A stretch of 64,000 nucleotides of DNA, from contig BDGG01000006.1 of NCBI GenBank assembly GCA_001949185.1, positions 2,090,827-2,154,826 on the forward strand, in the 5' to 3' direction. This document shows positions 13,359 to 26,651 of this stretch, piece by piece (the first letter of the stretch is position 1; the number at the start of each line of letters is the position of its first letter). The translations under genes and the position numbers were made by a program. A model generated the notes under the pieces. It worked only from the letters and a program-made list of their open reading frames with translations. It searched no databases and was not told the origin of the DNA. This DNA comes from Ramazzottius varieornatus (lineage: Eukaryota; Animalia; Tardigrada).

Positions 13359-14469
13359 TTTTACGAGGTGAAAAGAGCTCGTTAATTTTTGTCGATCATG
13401 TAGTGATAAGAAAAATGACTGATACGGTCGACGAAGGTGTCGAGATGAGCACCGATTGACTCTGCTTGCTTTGAATGCTTTGAGCCAAAAGACAAGATGA
13501 AGAAGCGGCTGTTGGTGTATGAAACGAGTGTCTAATCCGTACTTGTTGGTTACTGTCAATGAGACACGGAGAGATAGAAGAGCGTGGCTTGGGAAAGTCA
13601 CAGTTTGCCAAAGGGCCAATCGTTTGTGGGTGACAGGCCAAGTCAGCTGTAGACCACAACAAACTACAGTATCTTCGGCCCTGATTCCGCTCGTTCTTCC
13701 TCGCTGTAGAAGCCAAAGTGGAATTGTTAAGCGATGACGCCGGGCTTACTCGGCATTTGGCGAAAAATCGGAATGGGTTTCCATAGTAGAATGAGCGTCG
13801 TGGAATTTTGGCAGTCAAGTTTCTCGTCGAAATCTAGTCTCGGCGAACTTTAGCTTAACAGGCACAGCTTTTTTATTATATGCACTATGCAAAATGTGGA
13901 AGCACTAAGTCGTCTGAAGTGCGGCACAAAGAGTAATCGCGTATCTAATTCACAAAATTAGGTTTTATTTAACACCAAAAATAGTACTCAATTTCTTTCT
14001 TAACCGACCATCAAAATCACCATCTACAATTCTGCTTTGTGGTACGGGATGACCAGGTGATAACAAGCAAGCCGCAAGCAAACTTTTGCAATTTTTACAT
14101 GCTCAGTAGCCACGAAGCAAGCGGTCGAAGCAAAGCCCTGCTAGAATGGCTTTGGTCGAAGTCTGAGCTGGAAGAACCCGGTGTTTGATACACGCAGAGG
14201 AAAAAGTGGCACAACAAATACACAAACATGCAACTGGGATCAGTCAGTTTGTCCGAGGTTGAGCCCACTACAGTAAGTGTCGTTGACGGGTCCCTGCTGA
14301 TGGCATCTGGCTGTATTCATAGTTTGTGCACAACATGGCGGCTCCTGTTACCCTTCTTCGTCAAGAATATTTCCCCACAGAAGGTCTCATGCGTATACTC
14401 GACTGTCGCCATGCAAGTGCAAATGTGGATGATTGGATATGGCGGATGCCAAATGTCTCTCACGGCTCG

Positions 14470-15210
14470 AACCATCTAATCCCTATCTACATCCACCCAC
14501 TTTCAAAACTCTGAAGACAATTTCAACTAACTCCACTTAATCTCCGGACTGAAAATGTCAGCAGCATTTCATGTCAATCTGCACAAGATAAATCGTAGCC
14601 ACCGTACGCTATCTAAACTGTCCAAATCCCCTTAATCTCCACACTACGAGTTTGTACAGTTTTTACATTTAAAATCCACTTAGTGCAACTTACCCGTGGT
14701 TTGCAAGAATTATTCGCTCGGTTTGATACGATCGAGCGCTGTGAACTTTCTGTGTCATGTCATTTGACAAAATGTGTGTACAAATGAGAATCCACACCTA
14801 TCGGCTCAGATCACCGCCAATACTTCAGCCCATAATCGAAACAGTACTTCCGAACTATCAGAATTTACTAATGACCTAGGGAGATCCGCAGACGCCACAA
14901 CAACCGCACGAGCTCTTCCAGAAGCCTTTCGGCTTCTCGACCAGGAAGTATGAACAAAACCAAGTGCTTAATCACTTTTACTGAGCTATTACACAGAAGA
15001 AGGTAGGAATACCTTCTGGTAGGGAGTATGCGGAAAGCAGGTAAGGAATATGCGGGATTATTAACGGGAAGAAAGGGGATTACATGGAGATTAATTAGTC
15101 TCGTTAAAGCTTTGATTACGCAACTAATGCTAATATTTACCTCGACGAAGCGATTGGCGTCACTGTATCTCATTGAGGTGTGGGACAATAGTCGATAATA
15201 GGGGATTAGA
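14470..15210. promoter_or_regulatory. Candidate FoxG enhancer with clustered TAATCC/TAATCT (K50 homeodomain) sites
   Basis: TAATCC/GGATTA at 14477, 15055, 15077, 15203; TAATCT/AGATTA at 14538, 14633, 15088; 1.1-1.9 kb upstream of the FoxG ATG. Confidence 0.4.
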
Positions 15211-15860
15211 GGGCGCGGGCTACAATGGACCTAACGCACCTTTGTGCGTGATCTCACGCAAGGGATAACCGAGGGCGGGTCTACGGCTCATCTTTTGATG
15301 TGTTGTGTATTTGTCTTTCAGACATCCTCGATCGGAATAGAAAAGTCTTGCAAACAATGCAAGGTGTTCGCGCCGAAGGAGTATACAATGTGTCAATGAA
15401 TTGCTGAGTTTCTTCAACTGTGTAATTGCATTCTTTATGTGAGAATTCAATGGCCCGGCGGGAAATCTACTTGGCAAAAGTATTTCTGCGGATTGGTGCT
15501 CAAGGTGGAGATCATTATGCGAGCGGCGGCTCAGTCATCCGCCCTGAGAAGACGAAGTGGGCACAGGGGGGTCGCCGTGACAAAATGCGCGAAGAAGACA
15601 CTTTTCATTGGTTTTCGGTTACATTTCATACTTTCGCCATCTTGATGTTTCATTCACAACACCTCTTCATCACTTCATCAAACATACCCGCCACGGTTGT
15701 CACCGGCTTGACATAACTCGAGTAGCTGTCTCTCTGTAAGCTTTGGAAAACATAATGTGTTTTGTTAAAATTCGGTTTTCCATGCAATTCGCAAAAAATC
15801 GTGGGAAAGAGCCAAGAGTTGAAGTTTAATTGAACACTCCACTGGCTCGGTTTCTTGATA

Positions 15861-16667
15861 CGAGGTAAACGTNNNNNNNNNNNNNNNNNNNNNNNNNNNN
15901 NNNNNNNNNNNNNNNNNNNNNNAATTCGGGCGTAGTGATTTTCCCGTCACAATTCGGGCGATGCTGCGGTATGGGGTGGCAGCACATGTCGCTTTCGACA
16001 ATGGCGCTCCCAGACACCGTACCGCAGTAGGGAATTACAGCGCGGTAGATCTCATGTGGTATCTTGATTTTTATCTCGGATTTGTTTCCTCACAATCACA
16101 GAAAGATCAGCTAGTTCCAAACGACAAAAATTCCATCAACAACATGAAGTAGTAAAAGTAAAACAGAAAAATATGATCAGAACGAAAGGGAATCCCCAAT
16201 GTGAAGTTACCAACTTAGCAGAATCCGCGAAGGAAAGTTACTTGCGTTGCTTTTTGTAAAAACGGCGATGGGGTATTGCGTCAGTGCTCCACCATTGCTC
16301 ACTGGCGGAAGTACGTCATGGCAAACATCCTACGGCTTACTTTACTTATGGGATTCCCAAAATAATTGAAACCGACTCTATGACGTAGATCACAGCTATC
16401 GCGAAAAGCGACAACAGCGCCTCTCTCGGCCTCGCTGTTGAGTTTTTTCCAGGCGTTTTAGCATTACAGCAACTCTCCTTTCTTCCGAGCATTGTATCTT
16501 CAAGGTCTAGGCTGTGTGTGTGCTCAAATCTGTTTGGCTAGATAGGGAAGATCTTTCTCCACAAGATAGCATTGAAAACAAACGGCTCGGGCCACGAGGT
16601 ACGAAATTCTAGACCGCCCGAATTGTGACGGGAAAATCACTACGTCCGATTTGTGACGTTTACCTCG
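15861..16667. mobile_element. Non-autonomous Tc1/mariner-like element (TA-CGAGG ends), left TIR interrupted by an N gap
   Basis: TA-CGAGGTAAACGT[N]AATTCGGGCGTAGTGATTTTCCCGTCACAATTCGGGCG is the inverse of CGCCCGAATTGTGACGGGAAAATCACTACGTCCGATTTGTGACGTTTACCTCG-TA. Confidence 0.88.
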
Positions 16668-16669
16668 TA

Positions 16670-16931
16670 CAGTAATGATCCTGACTTCTTTACTACGTCA
16701 CTGACAGCGCAGAATAACAAGGAGTGTACGGTCAACTTTGAATTTTCCTTTGGAGATTCAAGCAAACGTAGAAAAAACCCAAGATGACGCTTTACAGCAC
16801 AGGCAGAGTGTCACGTGTTGTTAGAATGATTTGCACATTTGCGACTTGCTGAACGCAAACTACCAACTAGTTCGTTTCAGCCCGTAGAAGCTTGCTTGTG
16901 TGACGTAGTGGAGAAGTGAGGATTATTACTG
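16670..16931. mobile_element. MITE with CAGT ends abutting the previous element
   Basis: CAGTAATGATCCTGACTTCTTTACTACGTCAC vs GTGACGTAGTGGAGAAGTGAGGATTATTACTG imperfect TIR; left TA shared with the neighbouring element, right flank TG. Confidence 0.75.
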
Positions 16932-18532
16932 TGAGTCGAATTTACTCATAACTGTTGACCACAGTGTGCTACACCTTCGCCACGGTGCACCCGCAGATAA
17001 TAGGATAATCTGCTCTTTCTCTTTTTAGGTTACTGGGTTTCAAAAGCGTTGCTGGCTGGAGCTTTTGACTCAAATTATGAAAAGCGTTTAATGATCAACA
17101 ACTTGGGGCGTGTTGGGCGGCAAAAGAGGCATTTGTGTGGAAACTTTTTAGGGCTGTGAGGGATAGTTGCTTAACGAAAGTAATTAACATGTTGGAAGAC
17201 AGCGCATAGACTCTTCGGAAATCAAAGAGAACATCACGGCGGTAGTTTGTCCGGCACACCTTTGGTTCATGAATAGCTCATGAAAACTTTTGATGTGAAA
17301 GTGTGTCCCAGCCGGGATATGTCTAGAGGGGATGATTAATGTGATTGAGCCGTGATGGTACCAAAGACCATTCCATTCCAAAACCTTTACCTGGTCGCGT
17401 ACAATGGCCCAATACCGCACGTTAGGATAATTTGGCTAATTTGGCTCTATGTTAATTATGCAAACGTATCGTTGGACGATGATGGACGCACATCCCATAG
17501 CATGTGGTCGAACAAAGTCACACAAAGCACGGGGATGGGATGGCGGGGCCCAGGCTAGCAACTGTCAAAGCCCCTGCTCACCGGGAAGTCTGCTCCATCA
17601 AATCATCACAGATCATTGACGGGAAAATTAGCCGAACGTGTTATTTTATCAGCGGGTTACAACCCAGTGCAAAACCCAACCGCGGAGCAGCTGCAGTGAA
17701 TCTGAACGAAGAACGAAGTTTGCATTGGGAGTAGAACTGCTGAGGTAGATGCAGAACAGGAACCAGAACCGAGTGTAAACCTCAGAAAGATGCTAGTGAG
17801 AGAAAAGACGTAGCAAAACGTGAATTAAATTGGTTTTCGATTTTGCTGTTCGTTTACTTGCTGCGAGTTGTGTTCCATGAGGGTGAAATACAGGCTTGTC
17901 GCTTTGCAAACGCCCTGCCTAAAATATAAATAAAATAGAAATTTACGAACTGGCACAAAATACCATATGAGGATGAAATGTGATAGCACATCGCATGCAC
18001 ACGCCGGCTCACAGTAGGAGTACAAACTGCCTGAATGTGCATGCGCATCGGCTGTGAATATACATAATCGAGTCGCCACGGTTCTAAATCAATAAAAGCG
18101 AACCTTCTGAATATTTTCACGATTCTGCGAAAAACCAGTTTCATTGAGGGATTTTTATCTCCTCAAAATTTCAAAGTTCTATTGCCGGCTTCTTTGTGTG
18201 CGGCCTTTTACGGCATTCTTGGGTCCGATGCAGCATGTTTTTCTCTACAAGATAGGCTGAGAAGAGCGCTTTTCGGAATTTTCGCATGATTCAGGGTTCT
18301 AGTTTGACACCACCCAATTAATACGGAAGATGATACAAATACGGTAAACTGAAAGCCCTTTCGAAAAACCCATAGCTTCGGCCGATCTTATGAAAGGTAG
18401 ACTTCTATCCAGATCATGTAAAGAATAGATCTTGAGTACCTTATGAAAGTTTTACTGTACTTAGGGGCGCAGTTATCACAGGCTCTTTATCAATGCTTGT
18501 AGAGGGGAGAACATTACAAGCTCTGCGATAAA

Positions 18533-19109
18533 CTACGCTTGAAAACTCTTTTTTGTCTTCATTTCGTCCAACATTTCCTACAAAAAGCCACACTGGCGAC
18601 ACCACGCTCATAACAGGTTTTTGGTCCTCGGGGTGAACGTACGGTTCCACGTGACAGCAGCACACTGTACCTGCAGCTCCTCTCCGCTGAAGCGTTCCAT
18701 ACTCGGAATCAAGGCCTTTGCTTCTTCTGTTGTTTCCGGCTGAAGATTCGCAAGACTCGTTAGCTCGTAGTCGTGCAGTCCCTTCGAGCTCAGGGTGCTC
18801 CGCACGGACTGGATGGTGTCAGCATTCTTGAAGGCACTGAAGCGCTGACAGTAAATGTGCGTCTTGAGAAAAACAGCTGGTAACTCTGCTTCCTGCAACA
18901 GGCCAAACATAAAGCTACTTTCCCAGGGATGAACGAAGGAAATAAAAGCTTACCGCATCAGCAGCCTCGTTCTGGCTTTTTCGATTCTCCAGTAGCATGA
19001 AGACTTCGGAGTTGAGCAGCGCTCGAGCAGTGTCAAATTCTTTCGGGAAGCGTAGCTCGGTGGCGTCTTCGACCTGGTCCGCTGGATCGTCGTCCAGGAG
19101 CTGCGACAT
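18533..19109 (-). CDS. POLR2D: RNA polymerase II subunit RPB4; exons 19109-18954, 18892-18671, 18577-18533 (140 aa)
   Basis: [31 protein letters not shown]; [17 protein letters not shown]; [23 protein letters not shown]; [14 protein letters not shown]; GT-AG introns keep the frame. Confidence 0.95.
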
Positions 19110-19806
19110 GTCAACGTACCAAGAAAACCTGCCTACCAGCTTGATTTATGGCGGGAGGAGACGAGGTGGAAACACTGATGAATGACTCGCAGGTCGGAGG
19201 TTGAAACACACGTAGAAAAATGAGAAAATTTCCTCGGTGCTGTGAGATATACTTGCAAACGTCAGCAGCAGAGCAAAGAGGGTTGAGTTCGCGACGTAAT
19301 TCCGGATTCAAACCATAAAGTGTCATCACGACATAAGCCCGTATTTTGAACTGCGGACTGCCCGTGCCCCGGATCTTTTCTCCCGGTGACAATCCAGTAC
19401 AATACAGCTGACCAGTAGAGCTGCACTCCCCGGTATGGCAGGGTAAAAATTTACGGCCCATCGATCAACTGTTCAGTGACGTCCCCGTTTGTTGCTGAAC
19501 AAAGAGCACAAGACTGCAGCCCATGCTGACGTCAATCAAAATCGAGCACTGATCAAAGTCCAGAAAAGTATTCAATATTCACACCACTGTCGTAAACCTT
19601 TCCTATCGTTCCCGTTACTCTTCCGTCGTACGTTATCGATCTGTTCCAGCATCGTCACGGCCCTTGTCAATCTTCCGCGGCATGACGGAGAGGCTGAAGC
19701 CAAAGGGATTGACAGCAAACATCTCACAAGGAGACAATTGATCTTCAGCAAAGTCTGGATGTGATGCATCTGTTTCTGCTTTTCTTTCAGTTTCTCCGCT
19801 TCGAAA
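19110..19806. promoter_or_regulatory. Probable bidirectional promoter/5' UTR region between RPB4 and synaptojanin
   Basis: Head-to-head ATGs about 0.7 kb apart; perfect CRE palindrome TGACGTCA at 19527-19534. Confidence 0.55.
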
Positions 19807-22800
19807 ATGGTTCTGGGAAAGAATTTCAAGATCTACCACAAGCCACCGGATAGCCAAAGACCATTTAGCCTGATCGTCGAAGCCAGCCGAGCGCTGAATT
19901 TGAGCGATGCGCTGTATTTCGAATCTGGCGTCGTTACAACCCTAGGTAAATTCTACGTCACGTACTTACATACAGGGAGTACTGCGTTTATCGCTATGCT
20001 TCGGTGTGCATCTTCATGACCAACTAGCTTGTGGGGTTTGTTGAGTTTGTAATGCTGAGCGTCGCTTGATTGTCTGACTTCAGGTCCGGATGAGCTTGCT
20101 GGACTCAAGCCAAACCACGTGAAAATCCACGACGCGTATGCTCTCCTGGGTATCCTCACCTACAATGCAGGTTAGTAAGGATTGTCTGCGACCTTGAACT
20201 TGTTTTGCTAGGATGAAATGGGGCAAAGGGAATTTACGGGAGTTTGTCTTGCAGGGAACCATTGCGTACTGTTTCTGGTTGTGGTAAACAGCTGTGTGTC
20301 GGTGGGCAAGCTACTCTTTGAGGATGGTGAAACGGAAGTGCTGCGCATTACCGGTGTGACTGTGATATCCTTGAGGAACGTTCCTGGAGATGAAGACCGT
20401 TTAGGAGAGTTCGTGAAGCTGCTCAGCTCGGGGATATTCTACTTTGCTGTCAGCGCTTCGCACAACCCTGTACAGACTGCAGGTGCACCCTTCGACCTGA
20501 CACTGTGTGCTCAGAGAGCAGCGGTCGGATCCCCGACCGACAATCGATTCTTCTGGTAAGCTAAAACGTTCCTCCACCGTGTAGTTCACTTTATACCATC
20601 GGGAAGGCTTCTGGTTGAACCGAGTGAGGTTTTGGAGTGTGAAAGTCGTAGGTTTTGTCTTCCTGGAAATTTTTTCTCTTCAGGAATCGCGGGTTGCATT
20701 TGTACCCACAGAGCTTCGGCATCACCTGTGACAAATGGCTGGTGAAAATCATCTGTGGAGGTGTGGAGATCAAGACACTGTATGCTGGACAGTATCAAGC
20801 AAGGGCCTGCATCATTTCGAGGTTCAACTCGTACCGAGCAGGAACAAGGTTCCAAGTCCGAGGAGCCAACGACGATGGAAATGTCGCCAACTTCGTCGAG
20901 ACCGAGCAGGTAGAGCTTATCGTTTAAGAACATGACAGTGGGACCGTTTTGTGCTGATTTGTTATTCCTTCTCCAGCTTATTTGCCTGGGGGACCAGACC
21001 TTGTCCTTCGTGCAGATTCGAGGTTCGGTTCCTCTCTTCTGGGAACAAACCGGCGTCCAGGTATGCACCAATCCCAAAGTATAAAACGATATCGCGAAAT
21101 TTTGAGACGGAATACTGTTACTCATGTGCATAATTTGTTTTCCAGGTTGGAGCGCACAAGATAAAGTTTTCTCGCAGCTTTGAGACCATGAGTCCCGCAT
21201 TCGAAAGGCACTTGAACATGATAAGGCGGGAATATGGTCAGCAAGTCCTGATCAACTTACTCGGCAGCAAAGAAGGCGAAACGAACCTTTCCGAAGCATT
21301 CCAGGTGAGAGCTTCTCCACGCAAGATCAATGGCGAGAACGTAACTGTAGTGTTTGTGTTTAGAGGTCGGTGGTTTCCTCGCCGTACAATGCCGGCATGA
21401 CATACATCCATTTCGACTATCACGCCAACGTCCGTGGTGGTCGAACTGACGCGCTGGTTTCTGATCTCAAAGACAAGATTGACCAACCCATCACCCAATT
21501 CCGGTACTTTCATTCCTCCAAAGCCAACGGTGTGACGGAGAAGCAGTCCGGCACTGTTCGAACCAACTGTCTAGACTGCTTGGACAGAACGAACGCTGTA
21601 CAGACCTTCATCGGCCTTCTCGTAAATACAATGACGCTCATTTCTAACTGCCTCCAAAAGTCAAGCGCGTAACAGGAGATTATCGCAGAAATTATCTGTA
21701 GTAACTGATCGAAACTTTTCTTTCTTCGTGGTTGAACTCGCTACGAAGTTTCACGTCGGTATTCGGTACCGAGATAGTTTATGGCACTTTCTTTCCCGAT
21801 ACATATCCCGACGGTTGTTCTTGATTACAGTAAGTTTATAGTCATATCAGGAATTAATGATTCTCTGGTGCAGGTCCTTAACGAGCAGTTGAAGTCCGCT
21901 GGGTTCGGTGACAAGCCTCAGGTACTCTCTCGCTTCCAGCAGCTCTTCGCTGACCTGTGGACGCAGAATGGTGACCATGTGAGTCGCATCTACGCGGGAA
22001 CGGGAGCTCTCGATGGCAAGTCCAAACTGAAGGATGGCGCTAGATCAGTCAGTCGTACCCTGCAGAACAACCTCTTCGATACCAGCAAGCAGGAAGCCAT
22101 GGACATCCTGCTGGCAGGCGCTTTGCTGAACACGGAAGTCTCCGACCGGGCACGAACCGTTCTTCCCTTCAACCTCCGCCAAGGTATGGAAACTTTGAGT
22201 AGTATCACGTACCTGCATACAAGTGTGGCGTGTTAAAACAGCAGCACCCAGTGTGCGGGTGAGCGAAATTCGTGGGTCGGCTGTAACAGTCTTTTCCGTC
22301 GCATACTTGCATACCAGTTCATGTTGTTTGTGCACATATTGGTGTATGCAGGTGGATAGTTTTCTGTCATTTCAGTGCCGGAATTTCTTCTCAGTCCGCT
22401 GTTCAGACGAATGGATGAATTCAGCCAGACGACACCCTTGACATTCTGGGTCGGTACGTGGAACGTCAATGGTGGAAAGCATACCAAGTCCACAGCGTAC
22501 AAAGATAGACCGCTCGACGACTGGCTCCTCGACTGTGCTTCCCTTTCTCAACAAGAAGGCAAGAACTTCCTCGACCCTTCCTTCAACGTCGATAAACCCG
22601 TCGACGTCTTCTCAGTCGGATTCGAGGAGATTGTGGACTTGAACGCTTCCAACATCATGGCAGCCAGGTGAATACATTCGGGACATCGGCAAAGGAAACA
22701 TGCAAGATCGCTGTATCATGCGGCGCACGTTTTCGGAGTTATTGGCTGGTGGCGTGCGCGACTTGAGATGGTGATCTTGTCCGTTCCGTTTGTCGGCCTC

Positions 22801-25800
22801 TTACTTACCTCTGGTTCTGAATTTCTGCAAAGGTCGCGGTTCGACTTTCACATTTCTTACTTTTCATATTCTTTCGAACTGATTTTACATCGTTCTTTTT
22901 TCACAGCACAACGAACCAGCGCCAATGGTGCATCGATCTGACCAACGTGATCAACAAAACGGGCAACTACGTTCTGGTCAACTCTGTCCAGCTCGTTGGT
23001 GTCTGCCTGTTCATCTTCGTCCACATCAGGCACGTTCCATTCCTTCGGGACGTGGCGACTGCCATGGTCAAGACGGGCCTTGGTGGCGCCACCGGAAACA
23101 AGGGTGGAGTTGCCATCCGCTTCCAGTTGTACAACTCTTCGCTGTGCTTCTGCTGCTCCCACTTCGCAGCGGGACAGTCGAATGTTAACGAGAGGAACGC
23201 CGACTTCCAGGAAATCAGCCGGAAATTAGTTTTCCCCGCAGTAAGTAAACGTTCTCTGAATTAGACTTCGACAAAGGAATTCGCTCAGATCACTTTCAAA
23301 AGTGGCGCACGCTCTCGGCCAGTAACAATGGGAACATGCGGCACTTGCGGGAACAAGCTTTTCCAGTTTTCAAGCGGCGCACTCCTTCAGCCAATAACAA
23401 CAAAGACATGCGCCACTTGAGATAACGATCTGGGTCAAAGTGTTTGCCGTCTTCCCGAGTGATGCTTATTTTATTTGGTCGATTGATCGAGCGGTTTGTT
23501 TTATAGGATTTGACGCCGCATTCGCATGATTTCGTGTTCTGGTGTGGTGATTTCAACTACCGCATCGACATGGGTAACGACTTTGTTCGAGACTACATCA
23601 AGAACGAAAACTGGCCGGCCTTGGCTGAAGGAGATCAGCTGACGTTCAGCAAAAAGGAAGGCAAGACCTTCGAGGAGTACGTCGAAGCACCGGTGATGTT
23701 TGCTCCAACCTACAAGTTTGATCTCTTCTCGGATGACTACGACACTAGTGAAAAGTGTCGGACACCCGCGTGGACGGATCGAGTCCTCGTACGAGGAAGA
23801 AGGACAAACGGTGAGGAATGGTGTTCTTGGGAATAAATACTTTAAACTGCCAATGATGTGGGACAAGATTAGTCCGGGTGCGTGTAAAGAGACCGGCCGG
23901 AACTTGCAGTTTTAGCTGTTATGTGGGATATCACATCGATCAGCTGATCGGTACACACATTGACCAAATATTTCACCCATTATCCGGGGAGCGTTTCTAG
24001 ACGCACCCGGGTCCAAACCTGCTCCACATCATTGGCAGTTTAAAGTACTATGTTGAGGAAGTAATCAGCTGCTTCACATGACTGAAGTGGGCATGCAGGG
24101 TCTTCCAAAGGGTGAGATTTTTCCGGCTAGAAAGCCATCGAGGTTTTGTAGACCGTTTCAGTGTGATCCACCGATAAAAGAGGACCAAGTACGCTTATTG
24201 TGTCCTCTAGATGGTTTTCTGGGCGCTGGGTGTTCCAACCATACTGTCCGTATCTGTGGGAAATCACTCTTTAGTTCGTGACACAGTGATATGTTGTGAT
24301 TATGCCGGTTCAGAAACTGGCAATGTGTTTTCTTGATCCTCTGTCATCAACTTAGATGATTTCTCGAGGAACAGCAGTTTCGAACTTCCGACCGAATCTT
24401 GATTTTGCACGAAGCTTAATCGAAGAGTCGCGATACGGCATCAGCGAAACTGACTGCTATGTCATGAGTTGCCGAATTGAGCTGGTTGGCTTGCGGCGAC
24501 TTTCGATGGTACTTTGGTCGCAGTGGCGGCGTTATGTCGTCCTGCAGTCATGTTATTTCTTTTTCAGAAAAGAATACGAATACGTTCACCATCGTATATT
24601 ATGGTTCATCCCAAATCAAGAGTTCGGACCATCGACCGGTCAGTGCACTGGTTGAAGCCGAAGTGCGGGTGACGGACACGAAGCGTTGTGAAGAGGTTCT
24701 GAAAGATATCCTTGATCATCTGGGACCCTCTGACGGGACCGTCCTGATCTCCGTCGAAGAAGCAGCGGACGTTTTGTACGAACCCGACATGTACCAAAGC
24801 ATCATGACTTTCATGGCCCAACTGGGCAAGATCCTACTCATAAGGTAGCGCATGAGCCTTCGTTTTAGCCTCGGCCACTATACTGACTAACTCTTGTCTG
24901 ACTTCAGGTACAGCGGGGCTCATCTGTGCGTGACCTTCTCCACAGGCGAGAGCGCATTGCGAGCCGCACAGTACGACGCGACGGAGATATTCGGCCACAT
25001 CATCCGTATTGAACTCCGGTCCGCCGACTGGAGAGATATTCTCGATAAAGTGGTGAATTTGTGCAAGAATACAGCAGTGGCGTTGAGTGATGGAGACCAG
25101 CCGTTGTTGCTGGACGAGAACGAAATGTCGATGCGGATACCGTTGATCAGCCCGGCAGCTGCTGGACTGAATGGTACGACATGGCGGTCGGAGAACAAAC
25201 TCGACAAGATCGTTCTTCCCAGTGGCGCACGTTTCCAGCTTACAAGAATCAGGACGTGCGCCACTTCAAACCCAATCTTTAGTTTTTGAAGTGGCGCACC
25301 TTCCAGTCAATAACACGGACAACGTGTACCACTTGGGGAAACCATCTTGACCAATTTGTTTGCCGAGTAGCCATCCTGTTTGTCACTGTTGATCAAGTTT
25401 GAGTTTCTAAAAGATTAGGTGTCTGTTACAGATTTGGTGATACTGGAAGGGGAGGAAAGTAAGGCCAGCGAGAAGGAAGTGGCCGGTTCTCTGGCCAATA
25501 TGGTCATGTCAGAAGCGGCAGACTTGGACAGTGCCAGCCTGGATAGCTGGTCGGGGTCCGAGGGTACCACACCCAGTCCACAAATCGTGCAGGCTGTGAA
25601 GAGTGCAGCACCACCGCCAAGACCGCCACCAGCTCGACCTGCGCCACCTCAGAAGAAAGAAGTGGTTGATCCATGGGCAGTGGAAGATGGAGCACCGCAG
25701 ACTGCGCCAGTTCAACTAGGTCCGCCTCCATCCTTCGTACCGGTACAAAAAGAAGTGCTGGTACAAGCTCGTAATGGCGGGCATGGCTTCGACTGGGACA

Positions 25801-26026
25801 AAAATCAGCACAACAAACCTGGTACGATGACAGCTTTGTAAGCTCTTGCTTGTTGCTAATATTTAGTTCGGTTGCAGAAGGTGAGAATCGAGCGAGTGAG
25901 ACCAGTCGACAGGTACCAAGTACAGCGCCGCCTGTGCTGCCGGGTAGCGCCCCTCCGCCACCGCCACCTCGACGTCGTGTTGGACAGCAACTTCCGGAAG
26001 TTCTTCGTAACATGAGCAGCAAATAA
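19807..26026 (+). CDS. Synj: Synaptojanin (Sac1 phosphatase + inositol 5-phosphatase + RRM-like + proline-rich tail), multi-exon
   Basis: [20 protein letters not shown]; [25 protein letters not shown]; Sac1 catalytic [15 protein letters not shown]; [10 protein letters not shown]; [11 protein letters not shown]; [28 protein letters not shown]; SSDHRPV; tail [10 protein letters not shown]...VLRNMSSK*. Confidence 0.96.
23268..23450. repeat. Family B repeat (two hairpin units) in a synaptojanin intron
   Basis: AAGTGGCGCAC...ATGCGGCACTT and AAGCGGCGCAC...ATGCGCCACTT; right end similar to the 25181-25374 copy. Confidence 0.7.
23840..24045. mobile_element. MITE (206 bp, TA duplication) in a synaptojanin intron
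   Basis: Perfect TIR TA-CTTTAAACTGCCAATGATGTGG / CCACATCATTGGCAGTTTAAAG-TA, with further imperfect symmetry (CCGGGTGCGT / ACGCACCCGG). Confidence 0.9.
25181..25374. repeat. Family B repeat (two hairpin units) in a synaptojanin intron
   Basis: ATGGC..TCGGAGAACAAACTCGACAAGATCGTT / ACCATCTTGACCAATTTGTTTGCCGA..GCCAT inverted ends; internal AGTGGCGCAC/GTGCGCCACT pairs. Confidence 0.8.
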
Positions 26027-26454
26027 CTCATTGTGATATGGTAGTCTTTGTCCGTCAGAGTTCTTTTCCTTCTCCCTACATTCCGTTTTTGTTTGACACC
26101 CTTTTATGTACCGTGATTCCGAGCTGCTATGGACGTGACAGGATCGTGATTCCAATTTATCATTTCTTGATACAGGAGATTTGCAATGCGTTGTGGGTTG
26201 AATACTTTTATACCCTAACTAGTGGTCGTTTTGTTTTGCCTTTGTTGAAAACATTCTGTCATGTGATTTGCTGATCTCTCCCGTAATAAGTTGATGTCTC
26301 GGTATCCCAAACGCGAGGCGGACGATATTGAAGCCGGATCAGTCTTTGTTGCAGCCGATGGTTCCGCGCACTCCCTCTTTTCTGACAAGCGGAGATTACG
26401 TCAGTGACTCGCTTGCCTGAGTTGCCTCCTTACTCGTCCATGTCAGTTGCTGTA

Positions 26455-26651
26455 CACGCAAGACGGGAGATTATGGTACAGTAAAAATTATGGGACAGGC
26501 GGAAAGGACGGCAAAATGGAGATTCGACCGTAGAAAAGAGTCGAAAAATGTATTACTGTGAATCGGTCGCCTACGTACGTGCTCCCGTACCGCCGTAGCG
26601 AAAAGGCCTGTACCGTAAATTTTACTGTACCATAATTTCTCGTCCTGCGTG
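26455..26651. mobile_element. MITE, family A copy 2 (197 bp), inverted relative to copy 1
   Basis: CACGCAAGACGGGAGATTATGGTACAGTAAAA / TTTTACTGTACCATAATTTCTCGTCCTGCGTG; interior collinear with 2704-2900. Confidence 0.9.

Noticed and set aside
13359-13619. 87 aa N-terminal extension of FoxG in the ORF track
   Set aside because: It starts at a non-ATG codon; the ATG at 13358 directly precedes the eh1 motif, as is typical
17425-17466. TAATTTGGC repeat plus an octamer-like TTATGCAAA as a second FoxG enhancer
   Set aside because: Few, short AT-rich motifs that cannot be distinguished from chance by eye
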